Program-made: the position numbers and the translations under genes | In this document: positions 26,696-33,998 of the stretch, one piece after another | Numbering within the stretch: the first letter of the stretch is position 1 | Layout: every line of letters starts with the position of its first letter | DNA from: Candidatus Subterrananammoxibius californiae | GTDB taxonomy: Bacteria > Planctomycetota > Brocadiia > Brocadiales > Subterrananammoxibiaceae | Length of the DNA stretch: 37,860 nucleotides | NCBI GenBank assembly: GCA_030586555.1 | Contig: JAURAC010000016.1 | Coordinates: forward strand, 1-37,860 | Direction: 5' to 3' | The notes under the pieces: model-generated | The model's input: only the letters and a program-made list of their open reading frames with translations | The model's database searches: none | What the model was told of the DNA's origin: nothing

Positions 26696-28747
26696 ATGGC
26701 TAACCTCCTTAACTATAAGTTTGAGATATTTCCCACCGACCCCCAGAGGGCACAGCTTAACAGAATACTGTATGAAGGCAGGAGACAGTGGAATAAGGCT
26801 GTAACTATCCGCAAAAAGTTAAAGACAGCCCTTTTAACAGGGCAGATCGAGCATGTGATAAATTCATGTTTGTCTTCTGATAAAAGCGACAATCAAGGGC
26901 AGAGGAGAAAAGCTATTTTGAAATTTCAGGGGGAAAATTTTGCAGGCCTTGATTTTAACTCCGTATCCAGGCTTTATGACATAAAAAATCTTGTAGGGAA
27001 AATCCTTGAAGTTGATAAAAGACATTTAGACATAAACCTGCTCGCAAATGAATTAAAAGAAAAGTACGAGAAAGAAATAGAGGAGAGAAAAAGAGCAGAA
27101 AAAGATGGTGTTGAACGAGATAAACTCCCTAAGCTTAAAACTTACTGGCAGTTGTTGAGCGCAGTCAATCAATATGCAGGCTTTGCCGCTAAGACCTTTG
27201 TGGACAAATCTTTTAAGCCACCTAAAGGGATGAGCCTTTCCACAGTAAGGTTTAATGTCTCAGGCTCTAAAAATGCCCGCAGGTGGAATCAGTCCGTTCA
27301 ACCTAAAAAAGGGCAAAGGGCTTATGGCGCAACAGGAGAACCGCAATATAAAAGAAGGGCTGAAGGGTTTGCATATCAGATACAAGGCAAAAATATTAAT
27401 GAGCTTTTGCGTAGCAAGAAAAATCCAGGCAATCAGATTCATATAACTGCCGTACATAAAGGAAACTCATGGGTCAATATTGCTTACCATAGACCTATTC
27501 CTGAAAGTAGCAGAATAAAAGAACTCACGGTTAATGCGAAGGCAGGGCGGTATTTTGTTGTTTTAACTGCCGAAGTGCCTGAAACTGTCTGGACGATTCC
27601 CTCTATGAAGAAAGGCTGGCATGCAGGGATTGACCCAGGGGCTCAGACAGCCCTTACGGTTGCGCTTAAGAATTCAAAAAATGGCGCGCTAAGGCATCTG
27701 GCAATCCATTATGAATTTCTCGAAAAAAATCTGGATAAACTTGAGAAGATTCAACAGTCGCTTTCCTTAAAGCAGGGACCCCGCCGGAAAAGAACGAAGG
27801 AAGAAATAAAGGAAGCTCTTTCACAATACGAAAAGAAACGTTCAGTGCAAAAATTAACAACGGAGGAAAGAGAAAAAGCCATCGTCAAAGAAAACGAACG
27901 CCTCGAGCGGAGATGGATTCGTCAGGAGTCAAGCAAACGGTGGAGGCGTTGGGCAAAGAGGGTTTCTGCCGCACAATTAAAAATCGCCAATCAAAGGGCA
28001 GATGTTCTTCATAAGATAAGCAGGGCATTGACTGAAGGCTGTGATGTCGTGGGGATTGGCAATTGGGAACCCAAAAGAGAAATCACTTATCGGAAAAAAC
28101 TCAAGCTGCTGAAGAAAGAGGTTAGGAAGGGTATAGAGGGAGCGGCTGAGAAATTGAAGGCTCATCAGGAGGAAAAATCTAAACAAGGTCCTAAGGGAGT
28201 AAAAAAAATGAGAAGAGGCGGTAGAGACCGTTCTATCGCGACTCTGAGAAGGTTGATAGAGGAAAAGGCAAAAAGGGCTTCTGCCTATGCATTAACTAAT
28301 ATAAAAGAAGCCGGTTCTACTTATACCTGTTGTGTATGCGGAAAGGCAACCGGCCCCAAGAATGATACTTCTGTAAGAGAATGGAGGTGTAATGCATGCG
28401 ATACTCTTCATCATAGGGATTTAAACAGCGGATTCAATATACTTAAGAAAACCGAATTGGAAATTGCCGCAGCCCAAGCGGCGAGTCCGGAAACGGGCTC
28501 TACGGTCACCAGAACTACGGCTCAAGGGGCGATGGTACAACCCGTCTCTGTTATTGGGGACGGGAATCACGCTACGGAGCCTTCAGGGAGAGGTGGCTCT
28601 TTCTTCTATGGACATGCAGACACTGTTCTGCCAGATTTATGGGATAAGGAGGTGCCAGAAGCTCTCAAGTCCTTGATTTCTATGGGCGTTGCACGTCGTC
28701 TGACCATGCAATTGGAGACTGAAATGTGCTCTAAAACTCCTACTTGA
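26696..28747 (+). CDS. CRISPR-associated TnpB/Cas12-family (type V-like) RuvC nuclease, 683 aa from ATG (691 aa from TTG 26672); subtype unassigned
   Basis: TnpB-like N-terminus YKFEIFPT..Q...L......R..WN; RuvC-I GIDPG; KIANQRAD.LHKIS helix; zinc finger CCVC...WRCNAC; RuvC-III HRDLNSGFNI; array begins 78 bp downstream. Confidence 0.9.
   Translation: MANLLNYKFEIFPTDPQRAQLNRILYEGRRQWNKAVTIRKKLKTALLTGQIEHVINSCLSSDKSDNQGQRRKAILKFQGENFAGLDFNSVSRLYDIKNLVGKILEVDKRHLDINLLANELKEKYEKEIEERKRAEKDGVERDKLPKLKTYWQLLSAVNQYAGFAAKTFVDKSFKPPKGMSLSTVRFNVSGSKNARRWNQSVQPKKGQRAYGATGEPQYKRRAEGFAYQIQGKNINELLRSKKNPGNQIHITAVHKGNSWVNIAYHRPIPESSRIKELTVNAKAGRYFVVLTAEVPETVWTIPSMKKGWHAGIDPGAQTALTVALKNSKNGALRHLAIHYEFLEKNLDKLEKIQQSLSLKQGPRRKRTKEEIKEALSQYEKKRSVQKLTTEEREKAIVKENERLERRWIRQESSKRWRRWAKRVSAAQLKIANQRADVLHKISRALTEGCDVVGIGNWEPKREITYRKKLKLLKKEVRKGIEGAAEKLKAHQEEKSKQGPKGVKKMRRGGRDRSIATLRRLIEEKAKRASAYALTNIKEAGSTYTCCVCGKATGPKNDTSVREWRCNACDTLHHRDLNSGFNILKKTELEIAAAQAASPETGSTVTRTTAQGAMVQPVSVIGDGNHATEPSGRGGSFFYGHADTVLPDLWDKEVPEALKSLISMGVARRLTMQLETEMCSKTPT
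28466..28617 (+). ncRNA. Candidate tracrRNA/omegaRNA-like scaffold overlapping the effector's 3' coding region (ends unknown)
   Basis: Consecutive hairpins at 28466-28482, 28483-28500 (GAAA loop), 28541-28564 and 28577-28599, then an anti-repeat at 28598-28617 pairing with repeat nt 9-30. Confidence 0.62.
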
Positions 28748-28825
28748 ACATGAGCAAGAGCCAAAAAGGGTGCTTCAAATTTTTTAAGCTTTCTTTTTGT
28801 CTCAAGCACTTAAGGCAACTTTGGG
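28748..28825 (+). promoter_or_regulatory. Putative CRISPR leader
   Basis: AT-rich, T-tract-rich 78 bp before the first repeat; the degenerate repeat is at the opposite end. Confidence 0.55.
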
Positions 28826-29447
28826 GTTTAAGAGCATGTTCTTATAGAAGAAGGATTGGGACTCGAAACGATTTCTCGAGGCCCTGGTCAAGACCATGGT
28901 TTAAGAGCATGTTCTTATAGAAGAAGGATTGGGACCAAAGATGGGAAAGCTGAGGGTCGTGAAGAAGTTAGTTTAAGAGCATGTTCTTATAGAAGAAGGA
29001 TTGGGACCTGCCTTCTGAGGACAAACTCATCCTTGAGACTTTGCGTTTAAGAGCATGTTCTTATAGAAGAAGGATTGGGACAAGTTATTTTGCCTCTATA
29101 CCACGTTGCGGTTGCGTTTAAGAGCATGTTCTTATAGAAGAAGGATTGGGACCGCTTGTAATTCATCTCTGGATTTAAGCCAAATAGTTTAAGAGCATGT
29201 TCTTATAGAAGAAGGATTGGGACAACTATACGGTAATCCTAATCCTCTTTTTATTTCGTGTTTAAGAGCATGTTCTTATAGAAGAAGGATTGGGACATAT
29301 CTTCAGCCTCGATGCCGTGGTCAAAACTCATGTTTAAGAGCATGTTCTTATAGAAGAAGGATTGGGACACAATTATGACATCATGTCATAAAATGTTGTT
29401 ATGGTTTAAGAGCATGTTCTTATAGAAGATAGAAGAAGGATTGGGGC
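28826..29447 (+). CRISPR. CRISPR array: 9 repeats (37 bp GTTTAAGAGCATGTTCTTATAGAAGAAGGATTGGGAC) and 8 unique spacers of 34-37 bp
   Basis: Repeats start at 28826, 28899, 28971, 29045, 29116, 29187, 29260, 29332 and 29404. The first eight are identical; the last has a 7-nt ATAGAAG duplication and a GC end. Confidence 0.99.
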
Positions 29448-29494
29448 TCTACCTTTGCTTCTCCCTCTACCTTTACCTTAAAGTTTGAGACATT

Positions 29495-30895
29495 ATGGCG
29501 GAAACTAAAAACAACCTTGAGGTGTTCTTTAACCCAAAGTCTGTCGCAATTGTCGGCGCTACTGAAAAGGTGGGAAGCCTTCCAGGGGTCATTCTAAAAA
29601 ATCTCTTAGACATGGGATTTAAGGGGCGTATATTACCCGTTAATCCAAAATATAAGACCGTTTTTGACCTGCCATGTTACGAGTCCGTTCTTGAAATTCC
29701 TCAAAAGGTAGAATTAGTCGTTATAGCCGTTCCTGCCAAATTTGTTCCCCAGATTCTTGAACAACAGGGAAAAATGGGGATAAAAGATGCTGTTATAGTA
29801 AGTGCAGGCTTCAGGGAAATTGGCGGGGAAGGCATAGAACTTGAGGAAACCATCAAACGTATTAGCAAGAAAAAAGGCATACGAGTCCTTGGACCAAACT
29901 GCCTCGGCGTGCTGGATAATTACTCAAACTTCACTACATCCTTCCTCCCTTGGGAAAGGGTACGAAGGCCTAAGGCTGGGGGTCTAACAATCCTTTCACA
30001 AAGCGGCGCATTTGCCATTGCAGTGCTTGACCTCGCCGCACAAGAGGGTATGGGCATTGCGCGGGTGGCAAATTATGGAAACAGGATGGATATAGGCGAA
30101 TCAGATTTTCTTAACCACCTTGCAGAAGACCCGTACACAAAGGTAATTGCTCTTTATATGGAGTCCGTTGACAATGGCAGGAAATTTGTTGAAGCCGCCG
30201 CCCGTTGTTCTAAGGCAAAGCCCCTAATTGCCCTGAAGGTGGGAAAGGGAGAAGCAGGGGCAATAGCTGCTCACTCCCATACGGGGGCAATTGCTGGCAG
30301 GTACGAAATCTACAAGGCAGCCTTCATGAAGGCTGGCATTATAGAGGCGGTTACATTGGAGGCGTTTATTGATGGGGCAAAGATATTATCTATGTTAAAG
30401 CCCCCAAAAGGAAACAGGATATTGATTATTACTAATGGCGGCGGTTTTGGTGTAATCGTTGCGGATAGTTGCAATGAGAGGGGTTTCCGTGTTCCTGCCC
30501 CAAGCCAGGGGTTAAAGGAACGCCTGATGTCTAAATTCTCCAGGTTCTATGTGGTGAATAACCCAATAGACCTTACAGGCAGCGCCACGGATGAAAATTA
30601 CATGACGGCAATAAATACATGTCTTGTTGAGAGCGACGAATATGATGCAGCCATTGTTATCCCACTTATGGCGCCGCAGTGCATGACAGAAAGGGTTGTT
30701 GATTTGGTTACCGATGGGGCAAGGTTTTCTGGGAAGCCTGTTGCAATATGTACGGTGGGTGGGGAATATACGATGAGGATTAAACGGATGTTTGAAGAGA
30801 GGGGACTGCCAGTATTCCCTTCGCCAGAAAGGGCTGTAAGGGCGATGGGCATTCTTATTGACCGTGGCAAGTTACAGGAGGCGTTAGAGTCTTGA
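29495..30895 (+). CDS. acdA: Acetate--CoA ligase (ADP-forming) alpha subunit
   Basis: FNPKSVAIVGA, SAGFRE, RVLGPNCLG, SQSGA, GN..D, HSHTGAIAG, TNGGG.G, NPIDLTG. Confidence 0.9.
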   Translation: MAETKNNLEVFFNPKSVAIVGATEKVGSLPGVILKNLLDMGFKGRILPVNPKYKTVFDLPCYESVLEIPQKVELVVIAVPAKFVPQILEQQGKMGIKDAVIVSAGFREIGGEGIELEETIKRISKKKGIRVLGPNCLGVLDNYSNFTTSFLPWERVRRPKAGGLTILSQSGAFAIAVLDLAAQEGMGIARVANYGNRMDIGESDFLNHLAEDPYTKVIALYMESVDNGRKFVEAAARCSKAKPLIALKVGKGEAGAIAAHSHTGAIAGRYEIYKAAFMKAGIIEAVTLEAFIDGAKILSMLKPPKGNRILIITNGGGFGVIVADSCNERGFRVPAPSQGLKERLMSKFSRFYVVNNPIDLTGSATDENYMTAINTCLVESDEYDAAIVIPLMAPQCMTERVVDLVTDGARFSGKPVAICTVGGEYTMRIKRMFEERGLPVFPSPERAVRAMGILIDRGKLQEALES

Positions 30896-31629
30896 AAGAC
30901 CCACAAGGCGAAAAGGCTAAAAGGCTAAAAGGCAAAAAGGCTGAGAGGCTAAAAGGCACCTCTTTGCCTCTTAACCTTTTTACCTCTTCACCTCTCGTTG
31001 CGGCAAAGGCTCTCTTAAAAGCCTATGGTATCCCCACGCCAGAATCGGTATTAACCCATACGATTAAAGATGCCGTAAAGGCTGCAAAGTCTATCGGCTT
31101 TCCCATAGTGCTTAAGATTGTGTCTTCCGAAATTATCCATAAAAGCGACGTGGGCGGGGTAAAGGTTGGCATTAAAGACGTTGAGTCATTAAAGACAAGC
31201 TATAATAAATTACTCGATAATGTAAAAGCAAATGTGCCAAAGGCAAAGATTACTGGAGTGTTGGTTGAAAAGATGGCGCATCCCTCGATAGAGGTGATAA
31301 TCGGCGCTTTAAGAGACCCGCAGTTTGGTCCAGCAGTAATGTTCGGACTCGGAGGAATCTTTGTAGAAGCTATAAAGGACGTCTCCTTCCGTTTAGCCCC
31401 GGTAAATGAAAAGGAAGCCCTCGAAATGATAAAGGAGATTAAGGCATATCCACTTCTAAATGGTTTTAGAGGTTCGCCGCGTCTCGATGTTTATACCACC
31501 GCCAAAACCCTTCTTACTGTCTCAAGAATCATCTCCGAAATAGAGCAGATTAAAGAAATAGACCTTAATCCTGTACTGGTTTATCCCGAAGGGATTATGG
31601 TTGTGGATGCAAGGGTTATACTGGGTTAG
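30892..31629 (+). CDS. acdB: Acetate--CoA ligase (ADP-forming) beta (ATP-grasp) subunit
   Basis: GFPIVLKI.S..I.HKSDVGGV, EVIIG..RDPQFGP.VMFGLGGIFVE, EIDLNP, VVDAR. Confidence 0.9.
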   Translation: MKDPQGEKAKRLKGKKAERLKGTSLPLNLFTSSPLVAAKALLKAYGIPTPESVLTHTIKDAVKAAKSIGFPIVLKIVSSEIIHKSDVGGVKVGIKDVESLKTSYNKLLDNVKANVPKAKITGVLVEKMAHPSIEVIIGALRDPQFGPAVMFGLGGIFVEAIKDVSFRLAPVNEKEALEMIKEIKAYPLLNGFRGSPRLDVYTTAKTLLTVSRIISEIEQIKEIDLNPVLVYPEGIMVVDARVILG

Positions 31630-31657
31630 GGCGCTCTGCCATTCCCTGTCCGCCTGA

Positions 31658-31721
31658 GTAGAGACGCAATGTTCGCCCAAAGGATGGCGAATCCGCCTCT
31701 GGCGTGACGTTGCGTCTCTAC
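31658..31721. repeat. GTAGAGACGCAA...TTGCGTCTCTAC REP-like palindrome with other palindromes nested in its loop
   Basis: 12-bp perfect terminal IR enclosing TTCGCC/GGCGAA and CCGCCTCTGGCG. Confidence 0.7.
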
Positions 31722-31835
31722 TGTCCAGAATTCAAATATTTTCCCAAAACTTTTATCAAATTCCCCATACTTTGACAAACCGTTTTTAGATATTCACTTG
31801 TGCAAAAACACTTAGGGATGTAGAATTGAGAACAA

Positions 31836-33305
31836 ATGCGGATTGCGCTTATTATAATGTTTTTTATTAATTTGTTCTTTGGCGCAATAGTCGTCCAGGA
31901 ATGCGTATTTGCGGGGCAGAAAAACAGGCTCGCAATAATATCACCCCACTGGGAGGGTATAAGGCGGGAGTTTTCTGAGGCTTTCGGCAGGTGGCATAAG
32001 CGTCAGTATCTTGAGGACGTTGAAATAGAATGGCTTGACCTTGGCGGCACATCTGACGATTTAAGATTTATTGAAGCTGAGTTTAATAGGAGTCCAGATG
32101 GAATTGGCGTTGACATATTCTGGGGAGGCGGTTTTGACCCCTACCTGAAGCTTTCTACCGAAGGTGTGCTCCTGTCATACCGTATGCCTGATGAATTATT
32201 ATCAAAGATTCCTTCAGAATGTCTTGGTATGCCAATCTATGATTCCGAGTTCAGATGGTATGGAACAGCTATGGCAGGATTTGGTATCGTATATAATAAG
32301 CCTGTTCTTCGTCTTATGGGGTTGTATGAGCCAAAGACATGGAGCGACCTTGCTAATCCCCGATTAACAGGATGGGTAAGTTCTGCCGACCCGCGCGAAA
32401 GCGGGAGCATTCACGTTATGTACGAGCTAATTCTCCAGATTTATGGGTGGGAGAAGGGCTTCGAGACCATTACGAGGATATGCGCCAATACAAAGGCATT
32501 TGCAACAAGCGCCGGGCATGTAATTAACTCTGTCGCTTCAGGGGATACGGCATACGGGCTGGCGATTGATTTTTATGCGTGGGCTAAAATGGCTGAGGTG
32601 GGAAAGGATAACCTCGGATACGTTCTTCCAGAAGAGGAAACGGTGATTAGCCTTGACCCTATTGCCATCTTGAAAGGAGCGCCTAACCTTGGGCTTGCAA
32701 AAAGGTTTGTTCAGTTTGTTATGTCAGAAGAGGGACAAAAATTGTGGATGCTGCCCATCGGCTCAAAAGATGGGCCAAAAAAGTTTTACTTGAACAGGAT
32801 GAGTATATTGCCTGCTTTGTATGACGACCCTGACATAATTGTACCAGTAAATCCGTTTAGTAGGGGCACGGCGCAACGTGCCACTACATTTAGGTTTGAT
32901 TCTGATAAGGCAGCAAAGAGATGGGGCTTAATCAACGACCTTATAGGCGTATCGCTTATTGACAATCACAAGATGCTGGTAAATGCGTGGAGGGCGATTC
33001 AGAAGGGTGGTATGAAAGAAGAGGCTGTAAAGAATCTTGTTAATGCGCCATTATCTGAAGCCGAGGCTATGGAGTATGCCAGCAGGTGGGATGATTACAC
33101 GTTTAGAAACAACGTACATGCAGACTGGGTGGTATTCACCCAGGGGAAATATGCCGGTGCAGCAAAAATTTCTGGTGTCTACGGTGTTGGATTTGTACGT
33201 GCATTTTTAACTGCAGTGCGTTATTTTTCCCCTGTTTGCACGGTAGCTTTTTTCCTTTTTCTTTTCACAAGAAAAATGCTATACATAGCGAAGGGGCAAG
33301 GGTAA
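31836..33305 (+). CDS. ABC transporter substrate-binding protein (Fe3+/thiamine-type)
   Basis: Signal peptide, IISPH, DIFWGGG, P.TW.DL, ADPR.SGS, DPIAILKGAPN..LA..FV.F..S.EGQ. Confidence 0.85.
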   Translation: MRIALIIMFFINLFFGAIVVQECVFAGQKNRLAIISPHWEGIRREFSEAFGRWHKRQYLEDVEIEWLDLGGTSDDLRFIEAEFNRSPDGIGVDIFWGGGFDPYLKLSTEGVLLSYRMPDELLSKIPSECLGMPIYDSEFRWYGTAMAGFGIVYNKPVLRLMGLYEPKTWSDLANPRLTGWVSSADPRESGSIHVMYELILQIYGWEKGFETITRICANTKAFATSAGHVINSVASGDTAYGLAIDFYAWAKMAEVGKDNLGYVLPEEETVISLDPIAILKGAPNLGLAKRFVQFVMSEEGQKLWMLPIGSKDGPKKFYLNRMSILPALYDDPDIIVPVNPFSRGTAQRATTFRFDSDKAAKRWGLINDLIGVSLIDNHKMLVNAWRAIQKGGMKEEAVKNLVNAPLSEAEAMEYASRWDDYTFRNNVHADWVVFTQGKYAGAAKISGVYGVGFVRAFLTAVRYFSPVCTVAFFLFLFTRKMLYIAKGQG

Positions 33306-33311
33306 GTTAGT

Positions 33312-33596
33312 GTGTTTAAAAGATTGTTAACGGAGAAGACCATGGATAAACTTTTAAAGTTAGATAAAGCAAGTGATTCAAAACTTCTTAAGGAGATAAA
33401 GAAATCTTTGTGCTTGAAGTCGGATGACAAGCTTTTTTTGTTCAGTGGGAAGGATTATCTGGTAATTAAAAAGATTCAGAAGCCTTCTCTCCCTGAACGA
33501 TTTAAAACCCTCTCTAAAAAGATAGAGAAGCGATTCCTGAAGGAAGGCTTGGGAGAAGATGCGGTAGACGAGGCGATTAAATGGGCACGAAAGTAG
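33312..33596 (+). CDS. AbrB/MazE-like putative antitoxin
   Basis: EIKKSL.LK..DK...F...D.LVIKK...V.EAIKWARK; overlaps a PIN gene. Confidence 0.6.
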   Translation: MFKRLLTEKTMDKLLKLDKASDSKLLKEIKKSLCLKSDDKLFLFSGKDYLVIKKIQKPSLPERFKTLSKKIEKRFLKEGLGEDAVDEAIKWARK

Positions 33597-33985
33597 TGCT
33601 TGATACTAATGTATTTGTTTCCGCCCTGGGATGGCGGAGTGCATCTCGTGAGATTTTTAATGAATGTATCAATGGAAAGTTAGAGCTATTTATTTCTGTT
33701 GAGATATTTGATGAGATTAAACGAGTTTTGAATTACCCCAAATTCAAGTTTAGCCAGGCGGAAATTGATGAGTTTCTGGATCAAATATTGGAGGTTGGAA
33801 GTTTAGTAGAAACAGAGGTTAAAGTAGAAATAATTAAGGATGACCCCAGTGATAATAAATTCCTTGAATGCGCAATTTCTGTGGGAGCAGATTACCTCAT
33901 AAGCAGAGACCCTCATGTCCTGAAAATCAAAGAATTCGAAGGAATAAAGATTACATCTCCAGAGGTTTTTAGAAAAAAAGGATAG
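33581..33985 (+). CDS. PIN-family putative toxin
   Basis: VVLDTNVFVSA, E...VL.YPKF, DP.DNKFLECA....ADYLIS.D. Confidence 0.88.
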   Translation: MGTKVVLDTNVFVSALGWRSASREIFNECINGKLELFISVEIFDEIKRVLNYPKFKFSQAEIDEFLDQILEVGSLVETEVKVEIIKDDPSDNKFLECAISVGADYLISRDPHVLKIKEFEGIKITSPEVFRKKG

Positions 33986-33998
33986 CGAGTGGTCTAAA

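Noticed and set aside
28723..28737. Second possible anti-repeat AATGTGCTCTAAAAC pairing with repeat nt 1-15
   Set aside because: Only 15 nt with one mismatch and two G-U pairs, and it covers the 5' end of the repeat. It is much weaker than 28598-28617, though not strictly excluded.
28856..29050. 64-aa ORF with repeated LRACSYRRRIGT
   Set aside because: It is a translation of CRISPR repeats and spacers, not a gene
28863..29403. Self-targeting spacers within this window
   Set aside because: No match found by eye; not an exhaustive search
26544..29494. IS200/IS605 or IS607 element carrying tnpB
   Set aside because: No Y1 transposase or serine recombinase, and no recognisable IS end structures; the gene is followed by a true array
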